From positions 85,994,001 through 86,058,000 of the forward strand of contig OZ286465.1 of assembly GCA_965644265.1 (NCBI GenBank): a stretch of DNA of 64,000 bases. The letters are read 5' to 3'. The position numbers were made by a program, and so were the translations under genes. The stretch comes from Glycera tridactyla (Eukaryota). The notes under the pieces were generated by a model, which saw nothing but the letters and a program-made list of their open reading frames with translations, was not told the DNA's origin and made no database searches. The first letter of the stretch is position 1; every line of letters begins with the position of its first letter. Of the stretch, positions 49,654-62,938 are shown one piece after another.

Positions 49654-52235
49654 CTTCAAGCTCCATGTACTCTGGATACAACCCTGGTACTGCAATTGAG
49701 AAGGTGCAGTCTACATTGTATACCAGTTATTTCACGAACCCATTTTCATGCTTATCTAAACCAGAATCTTGCTATGGATGACAAATCTCTCAAGTTATTG
49801 CACCCCTCGAGGCCAATCCAAATCTTCAGACTGTCATAATTCAGAGAGGGACACCATAATCTTCCATAAAAGATACCCCATTTTCGCAAGTATTAGGCGT
49901 CTGAGGACTCGACTCCCACCTTTAAATTACCGTTCACCATCTTTGCTCAGGTCATGATGCTACACAGAGTCTGAAGATTTTAAAAGAATCTAGAGGACAG
50001 GCTCACAACTTTCACTTTGTCTTCTCAATTACCAGTCCGCCAAACGATGAATTCTAAGCTTTCAAAGAGTGAAACATCAATATCTAAGCCAGACAAATCA
50101 CTAGGCATCCATCTTGATCATCCCTCATGAATTTGACTGTTTTGCACTTTGCTAATGATCCCTGTCCCAGAACCTGTTGATTAGATTAGTCCCGTTGTAT
50201 TTGAAGCAATGCCAGGGAGGCAATAAATAATGTTCCTCAATGACCACAGGATGCATGCAATTAATTATGCAAATCTCATTACCCAGCATCCTTCGGTAAC
50301 CACTCATCATTCAATTTTTCATGAGCCTAAGTGTCCTGGAAACCATTTTTTCCCGTTCTTGTACCTGATTCATTTGTTCTTTTTTCAGCCAATTCAAGTC
50401 AACCTAGAGCCTTAAAACATACATAGCTGATTCCATCTTCTACTCAACCCTCATCAATGAAGTCCTCAACAGGAAAATAGCAGTAACAACTGTGGAATAT
50501 CCAAGAAAGTTTAGTGCTGCAAAGAAGGAGCATCTGAAATATCTAAACATAGAACTTGATACACATCTATGAGTAAGAATGTGGGCCACCCATTACTCAA
50601 TTTCATTCACATTTTGTAATCAAATTCCTTCAATGTGCCCGATTAAATTATAGTGTGCAGTTCTTGTTAAAATTCCTCAGGTTTCCACTGCTGTAGAAGT
50701 GGTATTCATTTGGTTCAAGAAGCATGAATATCTCCAGCTGAGTTAAATGCTTAGACATCAGATCGACACAGCAGGAATGTCTTGAACATCTGATGTGGGC
50801 GGTTCTGTACCTCTAAATGTGAAGGGTCACCAAGCACAATGATATTGTCATCAGTATTGTGTATAGGTGACCCTTGCACCTTGCGAACCGTTATAGTTTA
50901 CCTTTGTTCATTCTAACAAATCAATATAAGCTTTTTCATGCTCTTCTTGATATAACTAAGGCATAGTCAATCTGACATTCTCCTCATTCATTTCTAGAAT
51001 TTCACACCAAATTCTTCCTTGATTCTAAGAAGGTATTTGACAGTGTTATCCCGGTTATTATTTTATTGGATGTATGGTGATGTGCGGTGATGCTGATGGA
51101 ATAAGGCAAAAGTATTGCTTAACTCTCTGTGATCCCATACACCTGAAAGTGACTGTTTTTGGGCCGAGAAAACAATTTTTCAACAGTTTCCCAAAATATG
51201 ATTTTTTTCAGAAAATTGACATCGCTGAATCCGAAATCAACTGCTTCTTCCTTCATTGAGCTGGGTATCAATACTACAGGAACATTCTTACAACACATCA
51301 ATGATGAAGAAGGAAGTTCACAAATGGAAATCTAATGTGGGAATCCAAACCCAAGGAAGACCTGCTATCAAGAAAATTTGGGAGAGGATCTGAATGAAGT
51401 TGATCCTACCCATTCAAGGAACTGGATCGCAATCTAACTTCATCACATAATCCAAGTGGTTGTTCCACTATCTACACAGATAGACACTAGAGTTCACATT
51501 GTCCATCAAATGGTACATTGAACAATTTTTCCCTTCATGTCAACGCTAATCTTCACAAATCTGACAATGGGTGGAGTCTTGTTATTCATACCTCCCCTAT
51601 TCATCCAATTATTTCTATCACAGTTCAGCCACACTAACGTTGGAATTCAATTTTCATCAGAGATAAAAGTGACATGTTCCTGTTCATGCTATCATGGAAG
51701 ATCACACCCACCTCAAAGCAGTAATTGTATCACCTCAAATAAAGAATAATAATCCCCTACACGAGCTTTTACTATGTGAATAAATATTTTTCTGTTTCAA
51801 GTGTATTTATTTTTGAGATCAGAGAATAAGAAGGAAGGCAGTTTTCCTAATAATGTATTTATGATTCACTACTAAGTGAATCCACAAAAACAGTTTTCCT
51901 TCAGTATTTGACAGCATAAAATCTGCCAAATATACCGCACAATCATAGAAAAGTCAACCCTCGGCAATAATATTATTACCATGTTTCTTCATCAGAAATG
52001 AAATTACAAAGATCCAACAATCTATACTGAGAGTGCTGGATATTTCATGTTATGAACAAAGAACAATTCGACCTCTAGCTGCCTCAAAATGAACATGAAA
52101 TAAGCTCATCCATCATATGGTGACCTTGAAATCACTATGCTAGATGACCTTCAATTGTCTATAGACAACATGTGACTCTCTCAAGTCAGGTCAAACAGGC
52201 ATGACCTGCCAAAAGATCCACACCTGTGTATGCTT

Positions 52236-52236
<1 letters not shown>

Positions 52237-52303
<67 letters not shown>

Positions 52304-52329
52304 GTGTGCATGTGCATGCTTGTGTGTGT
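52237..52329. repeat. (TG)n microsatellite
   Basis: Pure TG run, then degenerate TG, abutting an N gap. Confidence 0.97.
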
Positions 52330-52689
52330 NNNNNNNNNNNNNNNNNNNNNNNNNNNNNNNNNNNNNNNNNNNNNNNNNNNNNNNNNNNNNNNNNNNNNNN
52401 NNNNNNNNNNNNNNNNNNNNNNNNNNNNNNNNNNNNNNNNNNNNNNNNNNNNNNNNNNNNNNNNNNNNNNNNNNNNNNNNNNNNNNNNNNNNNNNNNNNN
52501 NNNNNNNNNNNNNNNNNNNNNNNNNNNNNNNNNNNNNNNNNNNNNNNNNNNNNNNNNNNNNNNNNNNNNNNNNNNNNNNNNNNNNNNNNNNNNNNNNNNN
52601 NNNNNNNNNNNNNNNNNNNNNNNNNNNNNNNNNNNNNNNNNNNNNNNNNNNNNNNNNNNNNNNNNNNNNNNNNNNNNNNNNNNNNNNNN
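52330..52689. other. Assembly gap (360 N)
   Basis: N run. Confidence 1.
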
Positions 52690-53160
52690 CATGGGTGTGC
52701 AGGTAGCCAGACAAGCTCGTCCTGGGGAGATGCTAATGTCTGTCTGTTCATGCTCCAGGTGAACACTGAGTGGTGAACCAGCTGGTGGAAACATCACGCA
52801 ATGACAGCTGGACCATCCAGAGATGGAGAGAGGTAAACATGCATATATGCATGTCGCATACTGGCACCAAAATACACATGCATGCATACACACATACACA
52901 TACACCCACATGATTGCATGCACACATGCACACACGGTGGAGAGAGTGGCAGGTCATGAGTGAATGAAAAACGTCACAATATATAAGCAGATGATTGATA
53001 ATGATAAATCCATCCAAATCTATGCTTCCTTGAGATTCTTAGGCAACAAAAGTGAAGTTTATCTTGGTGTAATAACTAAATCGTACCCGACTACAGATCA
53101 CTGAGTAACTGAGAACTTGGGGGGAAAACCATTATATAACTGGAGGAATTCTGGACTTAC

Positions 53161-53513
53161 CTCAAGAGTTGAGAGTGTGGTCAGAAGGGTGCGCTGCAAG
53201 TAGACACGTTCACGAAGGAACTGCTGCGAGTAAAACACATCCTGGTTATCCTCAACTGTACGTCGGACTGAGAAGCTGACGTTCAAAATCTGCTCGTAAA
53301 CATCCGTATCATCCTGAACATTGATGATGAACACATTATCCTCCGATGTCGGGATGATCAGAGCGAGGGCGCTCACGAAGCGATCATAAAGAGGGGAGAG
53401 AAAAGCCTCCTGGGATATTTGGTTCAATCGAATTGTTATACTGTTGTAGAGCATGTCGTCTGTCACGAGGCGCACAAATAATCGGCATGTTGCTCTAACT
53501 TCATTTATCCCAT
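53161..53513 (-). CDS. CELSR: CELSR/Flamingo exon: end of last cadherin repeat plus membrane-proximal non-cadherin domain
   Basis: Acceptor ttttcag|AT (phase 1), donor GAG|gtaagt (phase 0), 353 nt. Translates (D)GINEVRATCRLFVRLVTDDMLYNSITIRLNQISQEAFLSPLYDRFV...NVQDDTDV...ILNVSFS...LRERVYLQRTLLTTLSTLE, which matches the CELSR-family segment DG..SVTA.C.L.V..ITDDMLTNSITVRL...FLSP...NVQ.DTD...LNV.FS...YLNR as I recall it. Confidence 0.95.
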
Positions 53514-54689
53514 CTGAAAACATAGAAAACAGAAAGCATGAATCAGATGTGAAGGGGATTTGAACACTTGACACATTGAATCTATATAAGAAGCGGGCCC
53601 TGGAATGAGAAGAGAAGTGAGTGTGAAATTTTAGGACTGAAAGTGAATGTTTAGAGTCTGACTTTGAAATATGCTCTTTCATCACCACCCATGAGTGGAG
53701 AGTACTCTTCCACTAATCAAAATCCTTTCAGAGAGTGAGACAAGATACCCACCTCCTGGGTACTGGGTAAAAGTGGATTCTCTTGGTTGGCTGGTGGCTT
53801 TTGATTTCAACTGATAGTATTTTCTCACCTTATTCCCTGGATGGATCATATTCAATTTTGTTTTATTTTACTTCAATCCTTCTGACATGCGAAAGTCTGA
53901 AAATGAATCCAATATCGTGAGTATGAAGTTCAATGCAGTGAACTTGAATTGAACTAAAGCATACACCAGATTGAGGTGGGGAGGCTTTGTATGTTGGTAG
54001 AGATCATAGGGCTGGCTCTGGTCCCAACAATACCTAGGAGATCTAAAAACTTAACATGCATAAATGGAAAAAGCCATTTAAAAATCTCATATAAACTCAC
54101 AATCAGGAATGGATAAAAATCAGCACGTCCTCAAGCTTACAATAGGACTGCCCCAAACTGAAGGTGTTAGCGAGGATCCAGTCGATCCACCGTGGAATCT
54201 GTTCTTTTTTCCTTCAAACAAAGGTGGGATTCCTTTCATAATCGGTAAAATGTTTACATAACATGCCTGCCTCTCGGCCAGCTCTGCTCCCCGTCTCCCG
54301 TCAGATCCGTCAGATCCTCGGCATGTCTTTGAAGGCTCATGTTCTACACATGGCCCACCTGTGGCCATCAGTCACCGACAGAAAGGTGAACCGCTGTCTG
54401 TCTGACAGAGTATGTATCCTGTTTGACTCCAGAGGCTAGGACCAGATGGGATAAAGGCCAGACGGACATAACTCTAATGAAGCTGAAGGCCAATAAAGAC
54501 GGTTTACATACATACATCATTCTGAGCAGTTCTTCAATAACCATCATTGTTTAGTTGTGCAAACCAGAAACCTCACATCTGAGTATTTTAAGTTCTCTAG
54601 ATTAGCACTAACCATTATGTCATAGAAATAGAAGACAGGGATCATGTCTAGATGAAACTATGTTTCACGATACACCATAGAAATGTACA

Positions 54690-54775
54690 AATTACATTTT
54701 TCAGAAATCATCGGATTTCTTGTGGATTCGAACCTGGGATCTCCAGCATGGCACCAACTGCCTAGCCTGTGGAGG
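54690..54775 (-). mobile_element. tRNA-derived SINE-like relic
   Basis: Minus strand carries a perfect B box GGTTCGAATCC (54724-54734) with an A-box-like GGCTAGGCAGTTGG upstream. Similar sequence occurs at about 57300. Confidence 0.4.
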
Positions 54776-57289
54776 AGCAGGGGATTACGTCCTTTGCATA
54801 GCTCATGCAGTCATCTGTTTTTATCTATGAAGTGTAAAACAAGATTTCTAATGCCTGGAACTGGCTACACAGGCATGAAATGAAAGAAATGTGAAATCTG
54901 ATGTGATCTTATGATGATCTTGGCTAAGATGGGAGTGATTTGGCTATGAGTGCAATAGCTGCATGAGCCAAATTTGCTACAGGAAATATTGTCATTAGAG
55001 CCAACGAAGGCTTTCCTCGATCAAAACGATAAATGGGAAAATTGCATTCTGCCTGATTATGCATGAAGCATGTTGGTTTACTGGATGAGTGAGGATACTT
55101 CAGCTGTAATGAAATGTGCTCCAGGAAGGGAACAAGATGGTAGCAATGTATAACACCAGTGGGGAGGTTACTCTGGTTATAAGGTTACTAATCTCTTTCA
55201 TATCAACATGAAAGATCTCACCCTGGTGAGAGATAAACTGACCCAGCAAAAAACACCAGGAAGCAGGGAACAGCAATTGTCCCAAAAGTGGGTGGGTGAT
55301 ATGATGTTTAGACTCAACAGTCTCTGGCTGGAGATTCCTGTCTATGCAATTTCTGAGAGTTTGACCAAGCAACCAACTGTAATTCACCCTGATCAGTTCA
55401 TGTTAAATGAGTATCCAATTTGGTGGTCAGACTACGTTTGTTTTCTTTCATTTAGATTTGGTAGCTGTGGCTTGTCAAACAAGAGTTTGTTTCTGCCACT
55501 AGGTGAAGCAAATGGATTCAAAACCCGGGGAAGAGTAGGGAAAGAGGAAGCAAGAAATCACTGTTGAAGATACATTTCATGAGCAGCGACCAGTTTCATC
55601 AGGTTGGAAATTGAATGATGATCAACTTTCATGAACATGAACTAAAGGGTAGGTCCCAAGCAAAAATAGATGAGTAAGTTCTGAAAATCTCAGCTCAGAA
55701 TTCTACTGCCTGTATTTTGATGGAATATGAATAAACATCAGATTTAATCTTATATCAGGAGAATATTCATTAGCAAATGAGAAAAAAATGCTTATAACAT
55801 CGGACCAATAGATATGTAGAATGAAAATGTCAGTATTCTGATATAGTTTCTGTCATACCAGAATCAGCTGGGCTCCACCTATATCTTATCTTGAGGTTCA
55901 TAAGGTCATGACAGGTGTCACATAAAATATTGTAACTCAACCACAGCTTGAGCACTTGAGTGGACATTTTGCTTGCATCTATTTAAAATTATCATTATAA
56001 TGAGAAATTTCTGGCATAAACTCTGCAGAGAATGACACATTCCATGTGCACCCTTTCCAGATTTTTGATCTACATCAGTAAACATATCATGTAGAATGGG
56101 AAAAGGCTCATCAAAAATATAAATGTGAGCATATTAACTATCAAATGCAGATACCTTCCAGGAAATCTAACTTATGGCATTAGGGATGACCATTACAGAG
56201 AGTTTATCATACTATGGACTATTGAATGAATGAAAAAACTAATACATCCATCACTCTTCATTTATCTTTATTTCTCTGATTATCTTATCGTTATTGTAGA
56301 GTCAAGTAATGCAAACATCACTACTTGATATACACATTACAAATATACACAGGTTGAGTTGAAATGATTTGTCACAACAGAGAGGGGGTTATCATTCACC
56401 ATATGGTCTTCATCACTGCACAGCCCTCAACATGACCTGTTCCATAACATGCAATTCAATACATTAATCTTGACTACAAGCATGTAAGGGCCTCCAATAA
56501 TCAAACTTCTCTCAAATACACTCCCATGCTGATTAGAGAATTCAGATGGATACTGAAGGCGTTGTCTTTTTCTTTCAGCTGAGATGAAGGTATTATGAAC
56601 CTCATCACTATGAGGAATTACTTTGAGATGTATAGACAAATCAAAGAAACCACCAGTCACTGTAGAGATTTGACCCAGATATCTCTCCACTGTTGGAATG
56701 AGTGACCCACAACATAATTCATTCATTCTAGTCCACTGTACTAATCTACTCCTTGCTTTCCATAACATTATAAATTTGAGTTTGAAACAGTATTCTGGTG
56801 CTTCCAATCTCCAAAATCATGCTTTGAATTTTAGTTTTGATCACCTGGTTAGAAATTGAAACTGCTTTTGTGTGTGTTGGGGTATTCATTGATAATATAG
56901 CACAATATGGTGCTCAATGGGGTCAATGGGGTCACCCTGGGCACATGTATTCTGCCCCTGTGCTGTCTAGTTTGCTCAGGCCAGATGACTGCCATTGCTG
57001 ATGTAACAAAATCCTTGCAATGTTTGGGTATTGTTATCATTCACCATAGTTTGGCAAAACATGCGCTGTGAAAAGTCTCAGTCAGTCCAAATCTTAGTCA
57101 GCCCAACCAAAGTCTCATTATACGTATTTGTGCTACCATCTATGATCCCATTGTAATTAGGAAAATGCAGTACACACCAAAATGTGTGATTTTGCTCATG
57201 AAACGCACTGCAGTTGAAGGGATTTTGAAGTCTATGTATGGGTCAACTTGGTCCTTTTGTGGGAAGGTGGCAAGAGTCATCTGGTTCCA

Positions 57290-57340
57290 ATAGTTCAACT
57301 GTGGATTCGAGCCAGCTCTCCCAAGCTGACATGTCACCAC
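57290..57340 (-). mobile_element. Possible second SINE-like relic
   Basis: TGTGGATTCGAGCCAGCTCTCCCAAGC resembles TGTGGATTCGAACCTGGGATCTCCAGC at 54721. Confidence 0.3.
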
Positions 57341-57628
57341 ACATCTTGTATGAATTATCAGGGTTTACTCTGATTTATTTATGATAATTCACTTTCAAGT
57401 GGTGCCTTCAACTGTGATCATGTCACCCTATATGGTGACAAAGCCATAACAACTGACACGGACAAATCAAACGAGAGAACAAAAATGTGAATCCTTCAAT
57501 TCTCAGTTTTACTTGTGGGCATCCAAAAAGAATTTATCACCGGAATCACGGAATTTTCCCCTATTCAACTGTGATTTCTGTCAAATTTCTAAAGAAGGCT
57601 AGAATGAAAATCAAATTACAGACTTGAA

Positions 57629-57759
57629 NNNNNNNNNNNNNNNNNNNNNNNNNNNNNNNNNNNNNNNNNNNNNNNNNNNNNNNNNNNNNNNNNNNNNNNN
57701 NNNNNNNNNNNNNNNNNNNNNNNNNNNNNNNNNNNNNNNNNNNNNNNNNNNNNNNNNNN
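57629..57759. other. Assembly gap (131 N)
   Basis: N run. Confidence 1.
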
Positions 57760-59141
57760 GTGTGCTTGCACACGTATGTGCATGCATACATGCATGAACA
57801 CAAATGGTGTACATCCATGCAGGCACATGTATACATGCTATAATAACAACCCTCAACCCCCACCTTACAACGTGCATCCTGCTATTCCAGCACCCACCCC
57901 TTATCCAGCGCCATACAGGTAATATTTAGTGAATATTGAGAAGAAAAAAAGAATAACAATGATTTCTAGCATGCAAAGTCACAGTCAGGACACTCATTCA
58001 TGTGTCTGCCAGGAGTACGAAGGCAGCTGGGAACAGAAGTTGTTTTATTTTTTCTAGCTGGTTGGCTGGGTCTGTGATGTTGCAAGCCCGGGTGGGCCCA
58101 ACATCTGATCTGTGTTATAACCGAGGAACATTTACAGGTCATAATACACAACATTTGCAGGTCATGCTCCCACTACTTTACATGGCCGACCCAACCAGCT
58201 GATAGTACATCTCTACACAGTAGCGGAAATATGATAGATTCCAGCCAATACACATGTACTATAATATACTGCCATCGCCATTCTAACACCTGGCGGCTTC
58301 TTCCCAACACCAAGATAGGGGATCTCCTAATACACCCCTCCTTCAATGACCTCTCCAACTCCATGAAGATGAAAAAAGAGAAGACCATCAATTCAGAAGA
58401 GTAAAATCATGAGCTGATCAAAAAGTCTGCCAATTTTACGATTTCACAGATTCGATTTTTTTGAAGATTGAAAATGTACTTACTCATTAAATCTTCAACC
58501 TAAATGACCACCTAATGTATACAGCTGTTTGCAAGAAAGGACTCAGGATTAAAATAACTAAATATGCAGGATCACCCATATACAGTTCAGAGTTGGGTTT
58601 TTTTCTGTTTCTGATTGAACACAGTCATCATCATACTTGACATGTATTGTTGGTTATTCATATGATATTTTACAAAAGAATTATCTCTTCTAAATGTGAT
58701 GTGGAATGTTGAGATATATAGGGGTTACAACTAATCAACAACAGAATTTGCATGTATGAATAATTCATTTCTCACTTGATAAGGTATTGAAATTTTGGAC
58801 TGAAAACAAATATTTCAACATTTAATTTGATAAGAATGAGAGTCAGTCTGACAGCGCATGGAATTTTCAACAATTTCATTAGATTGGTTGTTGACACATA
58901 ATACCTGGGATTGGTGAAGTAGAACAAGACTGGATCAAGTTTACCTGGCATTGAGTAAGATGGCTGCAGTCTGATAACAATGTCTTAATCCAGGAGCAGT
59001 ATATCACAATATTGGATCTCAGTCTTACTTTACTTTTTTACACCTATGCTATACAAACAAAGGCGACAGGTTATACTGTTTACTTTCTTGGTGAATGTGT
59101 TACAGGGGAATCTTCAGGATAACTTTGTGCGTGCGAGTGTG

Positions 59142-59144
<3 letters not shown>

Positions 59145-59212
<68 letters not shown>
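59145..59212. repeat. (TG)n microsatellite
   Basis: Pure TG run. Confidence 0.97.
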
Positions 59213-59215
<3 letters not shown>

Positions 59216-60024
59216 CATATGGGTGGGACAGGTGGAGAGAGAGATGCATGGATGGATGCATGCACATTTTGATGCCATTAGTCAGCTTTGCAAAAAATGA
59301 GGTCTCCTTGTATTACCTTTAGACCACTAGCAACAACACCGAGGACATACCTGTAATGGATACATGGATGGTATTGTGAGTCATATTATCTCAACGTTTT
59401 TTCCTCAAAAATATGTTTGACACACAAAGTACATGTGTGTGAAAGACAATCCAGTGCGATGTAACAATATACAGAAAAAACGCTGGGTTATACGCCACTA
59501 GCAAAATAATACATACTGAACGCAACACTTCACTCCAAGAGTCGACATACAACTTACAGATATTCCAGCATCTATTCCTTATTTTGGGCTAGTTCCAAAG
59601 CTCGAATTATTCGAAGAACACTTACTATCCAACTTTGGATAAAAGGTGTGCCACAATGTCTCTCATATCATCTGAAACCTGCAAAAAATATTATAGGTGT
59701 GATACCTGAGATTGCATCAATTCAGTCTAGTCAACCTATCCATCATCACTGGCTATTTTCTACGATGACCAACTGTCCCAGTTTAGGTTTAACAGAAGAA
59801 TCCAGACAAATAGTGGGCACTTACAGCCATAATGGTGCTGTAGGATCAAATATTTGCTGTTTTACAACACATTCAACAGCTGGAATTTGTCCCTCGGCCA
59901 CACAAAACACATCATACCTATACAGTCACCCTTGTACTGCCACTCCCAGGATTCTCTGGGAAATATTGTGTTAGAACAAGATGTGAAACATTTCCCAGAT
60001 AATAATGTGAGACTGACTAAGTGT

Positions 60025-60178
60025 GTAGTTGGGCTTGTCTCCAATGGCCACCTGCAGTTGCACCAAAAGTGGTCTTCGAAGGCAGGTGGTCTTCGAAGAG
60101 AGGTCATTTAAGATAATACCATTGAGGTTGCTGCAGGTGCCCTTCCTAGGGAGGTGGTATCTCAAACAGATTCAACTG
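60025..60178. mobile_element. pogo-like MITE, degenerate
   Basis: GTGGTCTTCGAA repeated twice, ends GATTCAACTG|TA. Left end approximate. Confidence 0.6.
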
Positions 60179-60959
60179 TATTGGTAATCAGTATCATCTA
60201 ATAAATTGTGAACTTGTGGCTGATATGGGAGCTTTTTAACTTGTTTATTCAGATTAGCAATAGCCAAATGGCATAAGGCTGGCGCTTTAATCTATTGGCT
60301 GAAATAGTTCTCATAATATACTTTTCAGCCTACTTTATTTGCCCATGCTGTAGTAAATTGTGTGAACAGCATGGCACTCATTCATGGCCATGTTCCCTTG
60401 AATTTGGATTGAAAAAGATCAGTTGAGGACTATGCACTCAATGACATGAAGGGTAAGACAAGAATTCCCAAGACCCCATCAAAAACTAGAGTCAGATGAA
60501 TAGTCTCAAGTATTTTGGACACTAGAGTCATTCTGGCTGGTTATCCCACAGTAAACCACGTTGAAGAACCAGGTGGTCAAGTACGGGGAGTCTGCCGGGG
60601 AGGTCAGTCGGTGATATGCACCTCATCAGCTTACCATCTGGTAAAGGAGGCATAAACAGGAATGTTTGGGTTGCCCGGAGTCCATCAAGAAGAACGTGGA
60701 GCTACCTCAGAGGTTAGGTGTCACGGGAAATTAGCACCCACTGAAAATATAGCTTCAACAGCTGTCTGTGATGCATGTACCCGTTGATTCGGTGAATTGA
60801 CTTCTCCCAAAGTGACTCTATACTCCATTGGGTGTAGAAGCCACCAGGAGAGAAGACCACTTGCTCTAGAGCAGCTTCGCCATTTGACAATCAAATATCT
60901 TTGAATACCTACCTCTTCTTAGAGATTGTGTTTTGACAGAAGTCTGTGTTGGCATTAGA

Positions 60960-61261
60960 AAAATATTTCCTGTAGCAACTTTGGCTAAAGCAGTAATTTC
61001 GCTTTTAGCTAAATCACTTTAGCCACAAGCATTGTGGGACTTGGGACACTCTAATTTAGCTATCATTTCCAAGAGGTGGCTCAAGTTCCAGCCATGTCAA
61101 ATCCATTGTCGACCCTGTAAATCACATTGACCATGGCTAAATGAGATATATGCACTGTCTATTTGCTCAAGCCAAATCGTCTTTAGCCAGTTTGGCTAAC
61201 GTCCTGTCAAAGATTTTTCACAATATAAGCTTTAGCCTATGGCTACTGGCTAGCACTACTG
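60960..61261. mobile_element. Degenerate MITE-like element with TTTAGC/TGGCTA repeats
   Basis: Many TTTAGC/TGGCTA motifs and a CAG-type terminus (GGCTACTGGCTAGCACTACTG). No TSD found. Confidence 0.4.
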
Positions 61262-61763
61262 AAGGAAGTTGATGACAGGTCTCACATTACAGATTTTGCT
61301 GTATACTCAGGGACATTTTGCAATGAATTTCCCTTTCTTGCTACTAAATGAATGATATCTGCTTTTCAAGACTGAATCAGTGAGCTTTTCTGTCTCACCT
61401 GTGTACCAGCTAAGGATATCCCGTTTTCAGAACTATTTTTTCCTTTTTCTTCGATGTATCTCCCTGATGTGAGAATTTGTGGATGGAAGCTGATGTTGTT
61501 TAGAAGAGAATGATCATTATGACTAGAGTAAAACCTTTAATGGTTGGAGGGAAACACTTCATTTGTCAATCATTCATCAGGAGGAGTTGGCAACCTGTCA
61601 AACTTAGTAATGAATCACTGCCAGCGGCAACATCTCCTAGACTCTGGAACTCTCCAAATTCATCACTTATTTATAGTTGGCTAACAGTAAGAAGACCTCC
61701 AGAGACCTACATCCCCAGAGAATTCCGATGAAGTCTGAGGCCATCACTAAATTGGAGATTACG

Positions 61764-61960
61764 CAGGGTGAGAAGAGAGCCTCAAACCTGCCCAAGGCAA
61801 GCATATTTTCCGGAAGGGCAAGTAGATTTTAAATTCACCAGCCTTATAAACTGGTGGAAAACGCAGATAAATGCAATGAATATATAATAATTTAAGGGGG
61901 CAAGCTGAATTATGAAGGTGTGGGTAGATTTCAGCACTGAGGGCTCAATTTATAGATGAA
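61764..61960. mobile_element. Fragment of the same MITE family as 29062
   Basis: CAGGGTGAGAAGAGAGCCTCAAACCTGCCCAAGGCAAG...GGCAAGTAGATTTTAAATTCACCAGCC resembles the start of the 29062 copy. Right end uncertain. Confidence 0.45.
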
Positions 61961-62463
61961 TGTTTTCGATGGCCCTCACAAGAAGAGCTGGCAAAATATT
62001 TGAAGTGAACACATCAATTTCAATATCAGGATAGATAAAATGGGATATGTAATTATTACTGCCCAGTTTGGACCATTGCATTCATATTTTAGGCTATTGA
62101 AGTTACACAATGCGCAGAATGAGGACAGACCATTCTGATCTTTGCTAATGACTAAAACACATTCTCTCAGTGCATTGTGCTGGAGAACAGTTGTCGTTTG
62201 ACTGCTGCCTACCAATAAATAATAGCATCTCAAAATAATGACATTCACAGAAAAATATTGTCAGTAAAACATGCACTGTTTGTTCTTCCCCTTATGTCAT
62301 GCATATCACTTTTCATAATATGGCAACACTCAATGAATGTTAACCGTATGTTTTAAGGTATTTTCTCAGACATGATTTATCACTCCAAAATGACCATCAA
62401 TAGAGATAAAATTTCAGATATTTCACACCATCTGATTACATGTACAATGTAACTAATAATGAA

Positions 62464-62629
62464 TAGTCAAACCTGCTCCAAAGCCACCTCTATACAAAGA
62501 TACCCAGCCTACGAAAGTCACTCTTTATGTTGTTTCACACGGTAAACTGCCTCTATACAGAGTTCACTTGACTATAGGGACCACTTCTTTTCATGTGACA
62601 GAGGCAGGTCTTGAAGACATGTTCGACTC
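62464..62629. mobile_element. pogo-like MITE, degenerate
   Basis: TAGTCAAACCTG...CATGTTCGACTC|TA. Confidence 0.55.
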
Positions 62630-62765
62630 TACATGAAAATACATAAAATCATCATGTCTGCCTGGTAAGCTCAATTGCCTATAAGTGTCTACCGAGGTTT
62701 TCTAATCACCAGCACTTAATAAAATCACATGAAAGGTTTCGTTTCTCATAATAGCACTGAACCTA

Positions 62766-62938
62766 CAGTTGAACTTGTCCTAGGCAAGACTTGTGCTGAG
62801 CAAGAACTTGTCTTAAGCAACAGGATTCTGTTCATCCCACCAGAGTATTTTTCATCATATTTGACCTTTATTAAGCATGAACTTGCTCTAAGCACACACA
62901 TTTTTCATGTCCCGTGGCTTCATGCTTAGGACAAGTTT
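62766..62938. mobile_element. pogo/Tigger-like MITE (CTAAGCA subfamily)
   Basis: TA|CAGTTGAACTTGTCCTAGGCAAG...GCTTAGGACAAGTT. Aligns along its length with the 28195 copy. Confidence 0.75.

Larger units (their letters stand above)
22247..53160 (-). other. 30,914-bp CELSR intron
   Basis: GT-AG bounded. The flanking exons join as STLE|VLPF with no residues missing relative to the family as recalled. Confidence 0.9.

Noticed and set aside
52181-52935. Long ORFs (158-249 aa) across 52.2-52.9 kb
   Set aside because: Artefacts of the TG microsatellite plus the N gap.
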